A DNA stretch of 64,000 bases from Octopus sinensis. Lineage: Eukaryota. The DNA lies in the NCBI RefSeq assembly GCF_006345805.1, contig NC_043022.1, forward strand, positions 14,570,001 through 14,634,000. The letters are read 5' to 3'. Shown piece by piece: positions 13,073 to 26,019 of the stretch. Below the pieces are notes generated by a model. That model had not been told where the DNA came from, did not search any database, and worked only from the letters and a program-made list of their open reading frames with translations. Each line of letters opens with the position of its first letter. Positions within the stretch are counted from its first letter, which is position 1. A program made the translations under genes and the position numbers.

Positions 13073-14877
13073 ATTATATATTCATTATGGTCAATCTATG
13101 TTTGTCCTTTCCCTCCATTGCTTGGCATCTGGTGTTGGTTTGTTTACGTCCCTGTGACATGGTGGTTTGACAAAGGAGACTGGAACAAGTATGAAGCCTA
13201 ACCCTGCCAAAATAAGTGCTGGCATGGCTTCATTTGACTGAAAATTTTTCAAGAGTGGTGCCCCAGCATGGCCACAGCCTAATGATTGAAGCAAGTGAAA
13301 TAAAAGAACAAAAGCAGTTAATAAACGGGTGGGGCTGGGATGGGATGGGGTTATAGTCAAGGAATTAGAACACGGTGGTGGGGGTTTGGTCCCAGGTCAT
13401 GTAACCTGGATATAATGATGGAATTTGCAAGACGAAGGAGCATAAAAGGGACTGTATTGGGGGTGGGGGTGGTGGAATAAAGGAATGAGTGGGGGTAGGG
13501 GTATGAAGTAAGTGAAAATGACAAAAGGGGGGAAAAGAAAAGACCCCCCACCCCCGATGCTGATTCTATAATGAAAGGAGAATGGTAAAAAAAAATCTAA
13601 TTATAACTTGAAAGAATATGGAATATGGTAATTATTGATCCAATCTAGAGAACCTGGAGGAATTGTGGGATGGACCGGAGTCTGTTGTGACTATATTGCG
13701 GGTTGGCTGTGTGATGGCTTGCCTCTGTAAACCAGAGGGAAGTGGGTTCAAATTGAACCTGATGACGGTAAAATTGATTTATTCTGATAGTATGTGTTGT
13801 TGTTGTTGGTGGTGGTGGTTGAAGTGGAGTGGTTGATTGGTTACCGTTTATTGCCAGCTTAGGTGGGGGTGGGCAGATTTGGCTGAGTCAGCAGAAACAA
13901 ACCTTGAGAGTTCGGATGCTGCTGCCACTGTGAAAGAAATGCCAGGAATGGAACAGATCTCAAGACTATCATCACCACCGCAACCACCACCACCATCAAT
14001 TACCATCACAACCATCATCGTTTTACATATCCCTTATCCATCATCATCACCACCACCATCATTGCTACTACCACAACCACCATCACCATTGCTACCGTCC
14101 TCACCGCCATCATCACATCACTACCATCATCGTTTCCTGTTCACCGTTGTCATAGTTATCTCAAATGCCACCACCATCACCATTTTCCATAGGATGCTGA
14201 AATGCCTCTGTGTGTGTGTGTGTGTTAATTTTACCATTTTCATCGTTAAAATAATTACCGACATTATTATTATTAAGGAGGTTATCATCATCATTATAAT
14301 AATTATCTTCAACCCTGCTGTCATTATCACTATCTTTCGGTCAGTGCAAGTGGACAAGGAAGGTGTCTTCAGTCCCTCTTTGACCTTTCATTAGAAATTG
14401 GCTGTTATTACTAGTAAATCAGCCACAAATTTGGACCATATTTAATTGGCTTTTGGCGTTGTCTCCCATGTATGTGTGTTTATGTCCCTGTAACTTTGCA
14501 GTTCAGCAAATAGAGACCAATAGAATGACTTGGTGGTTCTTGACCCTTTATTTCACCTTGGGACCTTTTTGATTTCTATCTTACTTGTGTGGACCCTCAT
14601 AGCTATTCGCTGTTTAATCTTTCACCATTTAAACTTGCCATATCCAGGGTTCAGATCTGGCCTTTCACACTCACCCATCAATGTCATACCAGGAGTGGCT
14701 GTGGTAAGTAGCTTGCTTCCCAACCACAATGTTCCGGGTTCAGTCCCACTGCGTGGCACCTTGGGCAAGTGTCTTCTGCTATAGTCTCGGGCTGACCAAA
14801 GCCTTGTGAGTCAATTTGCTGGAAGGGAACTGGAAAATGAGTGTGAGTGTGTGTATATCTATCTATCTATCTATCTA

Positions 14878-14925
<48 letters not shown>

Positions 14926-17049
14926 TATCCTCGTTTAATGTCCGTTTTCCATGCTAGCATAGGTTGGATGGTTTTGACTGAGGGCTGGCAACCAGAAGGC
15001 TGCACCAGGCTCCAGTCTTGATCTGGCAAAGTTTCTACAGCTGGATGCCCTTCCTAACGCCAACCACTCCGAGAGTGTAGTGGGTGCTTTTTACATGCCA
15101 CCTGCACAGGGGCCAGTCAGGCGGTACTGGCAATGACCTCACTCGAATCTTTTTACACATGCTACCGGCACAGGTGCCAGTGAAGCGATGTTGGTAACAA
15201 TCACGCTCGAATGGTGCCCTTTTACGTGCCATGTATATACATATATAATATATATATGTGTGTGTGTGTTTATAGGTATCTGTGTATGTGTGTGTCTTCA
15301 TGTCTGTAGTTATCCCCCACCACTTGACAACCAGTGTTGGTTTGTCTACGTCCCTGTAACTTAATTTATATGAATTCAGTATGTGCAACCATTAATCCAG
15401 GTACATTGTTTTCTGTCCCCTTCCCCCCACACTCTCCATCTGTTTTCTCTCATTCTTTTCTGTAGAAGAGCGTAGACTCAAAACATCAAAAACTCTCCAT
15501 TTTTTTCCTGAGCGTCAAAATAACACACCTTGCTTGTTGTTCCCTTTACCTGTCTCTGTCTTTTCATGACCCTATCAGTGCAGGTGCCTCTTAAAAAGCA
15601 TCCAACCAGCACCGTAAAGTGGTTGGCATTTGGAAGGGCATTCAGATGTAAAAACCCTGCTGAAACTGACCTTGCTTGTGGTGGTGCCATGTAAAAAGCA
15701 CTAAGTCCACTCTGCTGGGTGGTTGGGGTTGGGAAGAGCATCCAGCTGTAAAAACCTTGCCAAAACTGACCTCGTCTGTACTTGTGACAAGTAAAAAGCG
15801 CTAAGTCCACTCTGCTGGGTGGTTGATGTTAGGAAGGGCATCCAGCTGGAAAAAACCCTACCAAAACACGCACGCAAGTCCGGTGCAGTCTTCTGTCTGG
15901 CCGGCTCCTGTCAAACCGTTCAACCCATGCCAAAATGCTGTGCAATGGGACTGAACTTGAAACCATGCGATTGGGAAGCAAGCTTCTTACCACACAGCCA
16001 CAATACACATGCATACTGAGACACGTGTATTATTGATTGGTTATTGATTAGTGGTTGTTGTTGTTGTTTGTTGACTGACTACAGGTCAGCATTGATCAGT
16101 CGGGTCGGTGAGTGATCAAAGGTGAATGATCTCTCCCTTAATCCAACGTCACCCCCCACCTCACGCCGCAACCCCTCCCTTTGTCCTCCCCAAGGCATTA
16201 TTATGTCAGGGTGTGTCGGCTGTTTTGTCCAGCAGGTCGAGTGCACCTGCGCACACACACAAATGCAGTCAATTGAAAGACCACAATGCACACTCCCTGG
16301 GGACTGGTTATGCCACCACCACTGCTACCTCTACTACTACTACTACAACTACTACCACCACCACGCTACCAACTTCTACTATCACCACCACCACTACTTC
16401 TACTACTACTAAATTCACCGCCACCACCACCACTACGCAACCCAGTTTCAAATTTCTGTTGGTACAGGTTTAAATATTTTACAAACGTGGGAGTTCCCTT
16501 CTTCCCTCTTTTTTTTTCTTTTTCTGTGTTTGAAATTCTCAACTGTCCCCTTTTTCAAGTTTGTGTGCTTTTCTTTAATCCATATTTTATTTATATCACA
16601 TTCTGTTCAACCCCCCCCCCCCTTTCCCCCACCCCCCCAACAGGAATCCTGCATTTTTCACCCCCTTTGATCACATTCCCCCCTTTCCCCCCCATCGACA
16701 CCAACCAAACCAACCAACCATTTGTGGAATGTCTGTGACTTGCCTGGGTTTTCCTCTCTGTTCTGAGTCGTCTTTCTTGAGACGAGCTCGTCCGATCTGC
16801 TGGAAACAACAGCCAAATACCGCAACCCCAGCGTGCTCATCACGCGTCTCTTCCTGTTGTTAATCGTTTGTCGTTCGACTGCTTCGTGTGATTTTAGTCC
16901 GACAAATCAACCCCGAATACTTAGAATAAATACCAAACTTTAAAGATATTGGTTTCGTTCGCCGAACAGCTAAAGCACAGGGACGTAAACACACCAACAC
17001 CGGTTGTCACATTAGACAGACATGTAGATATATACATACATGTGAATAT

Positions 17050-17435
17050 TCTTTTATTCGTTTACTTGTTTGTCATTTGACTGCGGTCGGTCATGCTGAA
17101 GCAGTGCCTTTAGTCGAAGAAATCGACCCCGGGACTTATTCTTTGTAAACGTAGTACTTATTCTATTGGTATCTTTTGCCGAACCGCTAAGTTACGGAGA
17201 CGTAAACACGCCAGCATCGGTTGTCAAGCGATGTTGGGGGGGACCAACACAGACACACAAACAAATACATATATACGATGGGCTTCTTTCAGTTTCCGTC
17301 TACCAAATCCACTCACAAGGCATTGGTCGGTCCGAGGCTATAGTAGAAGACACTTGCCCAAGGTGCCACGCAGTGGGACTGAACCCGGAACCATGTGGTT
17401 CGTAAGCAAGCTACTTACCACACAGCCACTCCTAT
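17050..17435 (-). mobile_element. SINE family A
   Basis: Reverse complement of the family A consensus. Confidence 0.8.
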
Positions 17436-17868
17436 GCCGTGTAGACTTCTTTTATCATTTCATTAAAGGGTCGACTTTGCCTTTCATCCTTTCGGGGTCG
17501 ATAAATAAAGTACCAGCTTCCAACTGGGGTCGATGTAATCGACTTAATCTGTTTGTCTGTCCTTGTTTGTCCCCTCTATGTTTAGCCCCTTGTGGGCAGT
17601 AAAGAAATACATTTCATTAAATGTAAACCTCCATGATGGCGCGCTGGCAGAATCGTTTCTGCCGCTACATTCTGAGTTCAAGTTCCGCCGAGGTCGTTTT
17701 TGCCTTTGATCCTTTCGGGGTCGATGCAATCGACTTAGTCCCCACCCTCCCCGCAAATCTCAAGGCCTTGTTGCCTTCAACAGAAAGGATTAAATGTGAA
17801 CCTCCACACTCCGTATTTGTCCCCCCCTCCATTCTTCGTCCTTGTGGCAAATAAATGAAATTATGGCG

Positions 17869-18132
17869 ATCTTTCGTCTCTAGTAGACCTTTCCGTCGAT
17901 TTCCGTAAAAAACATTTTTTTTTTTACATATGGGCTTGCGGGAACTTTTGAAGTAATGAGAGCGAAAGAGACTAAGAGAAAGCGATTGTATGACGAGGGA
18001 AGTTCTTTTGAAGTTACCCTGCATGGCAAGCATTGATGTACATGTGTGTGTGTGTGAACTTCAAAAGTTCCCGCAAGCCCATATGTAAAAAAAAAAATGT
18101 TTTTTACGGAAATCGACGGAACTTTTGAAGTT

Positions 18133-18164
<32 letters not shown>

Positions 18165-18334
18165 CATCAATGCTTCCCCTGAACGGTAACTTCAAAAGAA
18201 CTTCCCTCGTCATACAATCGCTTTCTCTTAGTCTCTTTCGATCTCATTACTTCAAAAGTTCCCGCAAGCCCATATGTAAAAAAAAAAATGTTTTTTACGG
18301 AAATCGACGGAAAGGTCTACTAGAGACGAAAGAT
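17869..18334. repeat. Long inverted repeat (arms 17869-18071 and 18118-18334) with nested duplication
   Basis: The arms are reverse complements apart from one 9-nt block, one substitution and the (CA)n length. Confidence 0.9.
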
Positions 18335-18950
18335 TGCCGAAATTATTATCATTATTATTATATACAACGCGTGTGCAGGCTAGAATGGCCACACGTGTAC
18401 AAGCAGCCCAGACACACCTCCTCTGCAATGTCAGTTGTGTGTGTGTGTGTGTGTGTTATAAATAGATGAGAGAGATATATAGTAGCAAGACGGAGCATTT
18501 TCTATTATGCCGCCCTTGTAAGTGTGATGTGTAGTGAATGAAACGAAATAATGTCGTGTTTTGTGCGTGGTGGTAGTAGTAGCTATGGTTGATAGTAGTA
18601 TCATGGATGTGTGTGAATGAAAGTTGGTCGGATGTTAGTGCGTGTGTGTGGTGAATAAAACGTTGTGGTATGTGTTATGGTTTTTGGTGTACGAGGGAAG
18701 AGGGAGGGCGAGCGAGCGAGCGAGGAGTTGGGTGTTTTGTGTGGAATGTGGGGTTAAAAAGTAGTGTTTGTCTGCTGTGAGGCCTGGCTTGTTGGTTTCC
18801 ACTGAACACACACACACACTCGTTCGTGCATGCACTCTGGCGGGCGCACACACCCGCCACCGTTAGAAGCGAGGTTGAAAAGCGAGTTTGTGAGGCATAG
18901 TTTGTATGCACCTCTCTTCCACGTGTGTGTAGTGTGTGCGTGTGCGCGAT

Positions 18951-18986
<36 letters not shown>

Positions 18987-19029
18987 TGCGTATAGTCGTG
19001 TGTATGTATACATGTTTGCATATATATAT

Positions 19030-19276
19030 ACTCTTTCTCTTTTTACTCTTTTACTTGTTTCAGTCAGTTGACTGTGGCCATGCTGGAGCACCGCCTTTAG
19101 TCGAACAAATCGACCCCGGGACTTATTCTTTGTAAGCCCAGTACTTATTCTATCGGTCTCTTTTGCCGAACCGCTAAGTGACGGGGGACATAAACACATC
19201 AGCATCGGTTGTCAAGTGATGCTTGGGGGACAAACACAGACACACAAACATGCACACACACACACACGTATATAAT

Positions 19277-19323
<47 letters not shown>

Positions 19324-19508
19324 ATATATACATATATACATACATATATACGACGGGCTTCTTTCAGTTTCCGTCTACCAAATCCACTCAAAAGGGTTTG
19401 GTCGGCCGTAGGCTATAGTTGAAGACACTTGCCCAAGGTGCCACGCAGTGGGACTGAACTCGGAACCATGTGGTTGGTAAACAAGCTACTTACCACACAG
19501 CCACTCCT
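19030..19508 (-). mobile_element. SINE family A with expanded central microsatellite
   Basis: Reverse complement of the family A consensus. Confidence 0.85.
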
Positions 19509-19764
19509 ATATATATATATATATGTTCGTGTACGTGTGTCGACGTCTGTTATGTATGTATATATGCGTGTATATGTTAGGCATTTCTTTGTTGTGCGTA
19601 TATTTCTATTTGTGTGTGTGTCTGCACCATTATAAATCACTGACAAAGTGACCGTACGTGTGTGTGTCTGTGTGTGTGGACTTTGGTCATCGTCTTTACG
19701 AAACGCATTCCATTTGTGACCATCTCGTCTTTCCCCCCACAAACTTAGTGTATTTAGAACTGCA

Positions 19765-20050
19765 TCAGAGCTGGCAGAAACGTTAGCACGCCGGGCGAAA
19801 TGCTTAGCGGTATTTCCGTTTCAAATTCCGCCGAGGTCGACTTTGCCTTTCATCCTTTCGGGGTCGATTAAATAAGTACCAGTTACGCACTGGGGTCGAT
19901 ATAATCGACTTAATCCGTTTGTCTGTCCTTTTTTGTTCCCTGTATGTTTAGCCCCTTGTGGGTAATAAAGAAATAGGTATTTCGTCCGTCTTTACGTTCT
20001 GAGTTCAAATTCCACTGAGGTCAACTTTACCGTTCATCCTTTCGGAGTCA
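19765..20050 (+). mobile_element. SINE family B plus partial tandem second copy
   Basis: The tail AAAGAAATA runs directly into GGTATTTCGTC of a second copy. Confidence 0.8.
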
Positions 20051-21042
20051 GTAAGGTTAGTACCAGTCAAGCATTGGGGTGGGGATCGATGTAATCGTCT
20101 TAGCCCCCTCCCCTATTATTTCGGCCCTTGTGCCTTTAGTGGAAAGGATTACTTTTAAGACAATACGGTGTAGATTGCGGTTGATATTACTGCTATTTCT
20201 AGTAGGTTAATGTTGTAAGTAGGTGGAGGTTTGTATAGAAGGGTGGTTGGTGGGGGTACTAATGGTATGGATGTGTGGGTGTTGGGGGTGGGTGGACAGT
20301 GTGGGAGTTGAATAGAAAAGAAAGAATATAGGAGTGTACAGGGGAGAGGGGTGGGGGAAATGTGGATTATTTTATATATACACATAATGACGTATATACA
20401 CGTCTACATATATATATATATATTTTATTTTTATTTTATTTTATCTAGTTTCAGCTCACGAGCTGTGGCCATATATATATATACACGTCTATATATATAT
20501 ATTTACATATATATATATGCTCATACACACGTGTATATACATACATATACACAAATGTTTACAGATACCCTATATGCAGATATATATATACATGCGCATA
20601 CATATATACACTTCTATATAATAATCACACACACACATGCGTACATACTCTCACACGTGTGTATAGAATATACTGCCGGGTACAGTTCTTTCCTTTAATC
20701 GCCATATATAGCGTGGGTGTGCGCTTATGAAAGGCAGAGGCGAACGAGGTGTGTTTTCAAGTGCAGACTCCAATATTCATTCACATAAAAGAGAAGAATT
20801 TAAATTTTATCCAATTTTTGGAATTCTTTCCTGCGACTAAAACTCTATTCCGTGTGTAGCAGCCAAGATTGTTTTAAAAGCATGGATTGGCTGTTAATTA
20901 CCGAGTTAAGTCTGTAACATGTCCTCAGATGAAAGGAATGATGCGATTGATTGCTTGATAAAGGGGGTTTGGAGAGACACGTGTGTTGGTGAGGGAGTCG
21001 GTAGTCGAAGTGGGAAAACGGTTGAGGAAAAAGGGAGTATCT

Positions 21043-21427
21043 ATTTCTTTACTGCTCACAAGGGGCTAAACACAGAGGGGACAAACAAGGACAGACAAAC
21101 AGATTAAGTTGATTGTATCGACCCCAGTGTGTAACTGGTACTCATTTAATCGACCCCCGAAAGGATGAAAGGCTAAGTCGACCTCGGCGGAATTCGAACT
21201 CAACGTAACGGCAGATGAAATACCTATTTCTTTATTACCCACAAGGGGCTAAACACAGAGGGGACAAACAAGGACAGACAAACAGATTAAGTTGATTGTA
21301 TCGAACCCAGTGTGTAACTGGTACTCGTTTAATCGACCCCGACGGAATTCGAACTCAGAACGTAACGGCAGATGAAATACTGTTAAACATTTTGCCCGGC
21401 GTGCTAACGATCTTGCCAGCTCACCGC
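21043..21427 (-). mobile_element. SINE family B dimer
   Basis: Two bodies joined at GATGAAATACCTATTTCTTT. Confidence 0.8.
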
Positions 21428-21796
21428 CCTAAGGGAGTATCGTTTCACAGATACGGAACAAGAAAGGGACTTTGTGTGTGTGTGTGTGTGTGAGAGTGAG
21501 AGGAAGATGGCTTGTTAGATTATGTTTAGGTAGCGTGTAGGTTACCACTTGTAGGCGAACGAGGTGTGTTTTCAAGTGCAGACTCCAATATTCATTCACA
21601 TAAAAGAGAAGAATTTAAATTTTATCCAATTGTACACTCCTATATCCCCTCATCTCTACTTGACAGCTGGTGTTGGTGTGTTTATGTTCCAAAAACTTAG
21701 CTGTTCGGCCGATAGAACAAGCACCAGGTTTTAAAAAAAGAAAAAAATAGTGTTAAGGTTGATTCATTTGACTGTGGCCATACTGGAGAATTTAAT

Positions 21797-23395
21797 TATC
21801 ATCATTTAACATCTACTTTCCCTGTTAACAATAAGCCAGAGAGCTGTACCAAGTTCCAGTCTGATTTGGTATGGTTTCCGCGGCTGGTTGCCCTTCCTAA
21901 TGCCAACTACTCAGAGGATATAATGGGTGCTTTTATGTGCCACCCGCATGGGTGCCATTTACATAACACCAGCATTTCACTTGGTTTGATGAATTTTCTC
22001 AAGCATGGCAAACCACCAAAGATTTTGGTCGCTTGTCCTCAACTCAGTGAGGCCCAATATTCAAAGATCATACTTCACCACCTCATCCCATGTTTTCCTG
22101 GGTCTATCTCTTCTCTAGGTTCCAGCCACTGTCTTTGTCCATACGCATCACCTGACACTAGTGGCACTGTTGTCTCTCTTGCATGCCCACATTTGATTCC
22201 TTTTATGCCCGACTTTTCTCTCTAGATCAATGCTTTTCAAACTTTTTGCTGGAGCGGAACCCCAAGGAAACATTCCACTGACTTGAGGAACCCCTGTGCA
22301 ATAATTTAAAAGTCTTATGCACACATATCTGCACAGGAGAATTAAAAACTACTGCCGATTTTAGCAGTTTTGTAACTTCTTGTGGAACCCCTGGACTGTA
22401 CTGGCGGAACCCTGGTTGAAAACCACTGCTCTAGATACTTAAAGTCTGTCACACATGCACGCTGACATTGCACATCTGGTGAAGCGTACCAGCTTCATTT
22501 CTTTCAAGCCTATGCATGTCCTCAGCAGTCACAGCTCCTGTTTCATTGCTGTATGGCTTATTGTGCAATAGTCATCATACAATCTGCCTTCCACTCTGAG
22601 GGAAAGCCCTTGTTGCAAAACAGAGGTAGGAGCTCTCTGAACTATGCCCAGCCTGTTCCTATTTTAGTAGCTACACTCTTGGAGCATCCAACTCTGCTAC
22701 TGGGCTTGCTTACCTAGATTACAAAACTTATCTAACTACATCTCCAGACATTTAATGGAGTCTATTTTCTGCCCATTTTCAGTGTTTATTGTACCTGTGC
22801 ACCTTCCACACACACCAAGACTATTTTCCTTGTTAACCTTCCTCTGATATTGCTGCACCTCTTATATGTCTATAGCTTGCACTAGGTACATCTTACAGAG
22901 TTACTACCTATGCCTTTTCTGCATATCGAGCAGGGCCATCTACCTGAAGGGATTTGTGTTTTCTCCATCTTCCTACTTACTAAGACTTTGGTTTTTGCTA
23001 AATCAACTCTAAGACCCTTTGATTCTAGATCTTACTTCCATGTCTGAAATTTCGTCTCTAGTTCCGGAAGGGATTCAGTTATAAGAACATGGTCACCAGC
23101 GTAGGGTTAAATTTCTTTGTTATTGCCTGGAGGACTATGATGAATAAGAGGGGGCTGAGGACTGATCCTTAGTGAACCCCTACTTGTACACTGAATCCAT
23201 CGCTATACTCATTGCCAACCCTCACCTTACTGACCGCATCCTTGTGTCTTGTACAGCTTTAAATCATTCATCCATTCCTAGTTTCCACATTGAACACCAA
23301 CCAGATAAGGGGAGTAGAGTGGGGGAACCCTTTCGAAGACTTTCGCTATATCAACAAAAGCCCAGAGTAAAAGGTAAAATGATATCTAACTTGAC
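21797..23395 (-). mobile_element. Decayed RTE-clade LINE, reverse-transcriptase region and 3' end
   Basis: Minus-strand translation gives AFVDIAKVFERVP (~23330-23370), GVH*GSVLSPLLFIIVLQAITK (~23113-23180) and KGLRVDLAKTKVL, with stops and frameshifts. Confidence 0.85.
22228..22428. mobile_element. hAT-type MITE nested in the RTE LINE
   Basis: TIRs CA(A/G)TG(C/G)TTTTCAA and a perfect 8-bp TSD CTCTAGAT (22220-22227 and 22429-22436). Confidence 0.85.
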
Positions 23396-24123
23396 ATAAA
23401 GAAAACACACATTAATCAGCAGAAAAAGTTACAAAATGGACTCTGAGTCTTACTTGTAAAAAGTGTCATGCAAAAAACTTTCAAGTTCAATGAGTCACTT
23501 TTGTAACTTTTTCTGCCAAGTAATGCCTTTTTATGTCTGTCTATCATCAGTACACCCCATGTGTAGATAAGCACACACGCAGACATTTCTGTGTCCATAG
23601 GTGAATGTGTGTGTGTGTAAATAGATGAAGACCCAGGTCAGTCTTGATTTAGCAAGGCTATAGTCAAAGACGTTCCAGTTATGACCATTCCGTCTTTTTT
23701 TGGCGAGGTGGGGGGATATTCCTAACAGATCAAGCGTGATAAAGATATATATATATATATATACACAAAATTTAAAGGACTGACCACTAAAAGTGGACGG
23801 TCAACATGCTAGATATAGACGTCAAAATCGCTATTTTCCACGAAGAATGTGTTCCCAAATAAAAACTCAGCCCACTCCATCCCCTATGAGAGACGAGCGA
23901 GAGAGAGAGAGAGAGAGAGGGCATACACAGTTCCTGTATAATTCTGAACAGTAAAAGACAATGTTTATATCTGGGACTCCGTTATTTGTTGGTGCAATTT
24001 GAGGGTGGTTTGAGTGTTATTGCTAGTAGGTCTATCGATGTACGTAGAGGCTCCTACAGAAGCAAAGTGGGGGAGAGAGAGAGAGAGAGAGGGGGGGGTC
24101 TCATTTGTTTGGAGGTAAGGAAT

Positions 24124-24154
<31 letters not shown>

Positions 24155-24239
24155 TGTTTGGCATCGAGAAAATGGTAAAAAGAGTAGAAGCAAGATGGCA
24201 GCGTGTTATAAAATCAGAATGAACGAGTGATGACAGTGT

Positions 24240-24590
24240 GTATACATGCATGCATGTGTGTGTCTGTGAATGTGTGTGTGTGTATGCTTGTATGTGTGTG
24301 TGTGTATATATATGAATGCTTGTGTGTGTGTGTGTGTGTATGAATGCTTCTGTGCATGAGTGTGTGTATGAATGCTTGTGCGTGTGTGTATATATATATG
24401 AATGTGTGTGTGTGTATATATGAATGCTTGTGTGTGTGTGTGTGTATGAATGTTTGTGTGTGTGTGTATATATATATGAATGTGTGTGTGTGTGTATGAA
24501 TGCTTGTGTGTGTGTGTATATACGAATGCTTCTGTGCATGTGGGTGTGTATGTGAATGCTTGTGTGTGTGTATGAATGCCCCTGAACGTG
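24240..24590. repeat. Compound minisatellite (TA)nTGAATGCTT(GT)n
   Basis: About 11 recurrences of the TGAATG(CTT) anchor between GT runs. Confidence 0.85.
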
Positions 24591-24952
24591 CTTCGGATAT
24601 GTTGTGTGTGTGTGTGTGTGTGTGCGCGCGCGCTTTTATGTGTGTGCGTATCTGTATATTTATCTCTGCCTCTGTGTGTGTGTGTGTGAATGGTAATTGA
24701 GAGAAGGGAAGAGAGAGCGAGTGGAATGATAGGAGAGAGAGAGGGAGGGAGGGAGAAAAGGTGGAGGCGGGGGGAGGGAGCGAGGATTGTTTACTGTTTG
24801 TTAAAACATTCCTCCGACCTTGCAACAAAATCAATTGTGTCAGTTGTTTATTCTCACCCACCACACACCACCACCACCCACACACACACGCACGCCATTG
24901 ATCTGTGTGTGCGTGCGTGGGTGGGTGTGTGTGTTTGTGTGTACGGGTTCGT

Positions 24953-24997
<45 letters not shown>

Positions 24998-25406
24998 GGT
25001 GCGTGTGTCTCTCTACCTGTCTTTGTGTGTTTGTACACGCGTTAGTGTTACGTGATACATACGTACGTATGTATGTGTATGCGTATATGTATCTATGTAT
25101 GTATGTGTGTATGTATGTTTATATGTATGTATATGTGTGTATGTATGTATTGTGTGTATGTGTGTGTGTATTTATCTATGTATGTATGTATGTATGTGTG
25201 TGCGTGTGTATATATGTATGTGTGTGTGTATGTATGTATGTGTGTGTGTATGTATGTATATATGCCCCAGCATGGCCACAGCTCGTGAGCTGAAACCAGA
25301 TAAAATAAGATAAATAAAAATAAAAAATATATATATATGAGGGAGAGGTACCTGCGTATTGGTTTATGTGTTTGTGTGTGTATATACGTGTGTGTGTGTG
25401 TATGTG

Positions 25407-25452
<46 letters not shown>

Positions 25453-25630
25453 GTACGTACGTATTGGTCTGTGTGTGTGTGTACGTACACACATAACACA
25501 TATGCAAATTACATATTTCTGCTTTTTTATCTCTATCAAATGTGCCGTTTCTTCTTTTTCTTACTTGTTTATGTAGTAAGTACCCGTCTGTGGATCACAC
25601 CCTACCCACCCACTTATGAATGTACACCGT

Positions 25631-25661
<31 letters not shown>

Positions 25662-26019
25662 GTGTGCGTGTGTGTATCTGTATACGTGTGTGTGTGTGTG
25701 TGTGTGATGCTCTTACCACTGTTATCTTCTTCCTCTGACGTTCCTCTGTCACGCTGTCTGCCGTTCTTTTTAACCCAAACCTGCTCTCCCTCCCCTCCCC
25801 CACCACCTTTCCATTTTTCTCTCTTCTTGTGTCGTCGTAGTCAAGGGAAAGATTGCTGTTGTCATCGTAAGCTCTCTCTCTGTCTCTCTATCTCCTCTTA
25901 CTACCACCACTACCACTGCCCTTGCCATTATCTCAATTACTGCTACCGCACCTCGCTAACCATCACACCTTACTCTCCCACTTCTCTTTCCCTTTCCCCC
26001 GAATCTTTCTCTCTCTCTC

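Noticed and set aside
13755-13800. CTGATGA as a second hammerhead core (also ~34943 and ~42958)
   Set aside because: No helix II followed by GAAA could be formed downstream.
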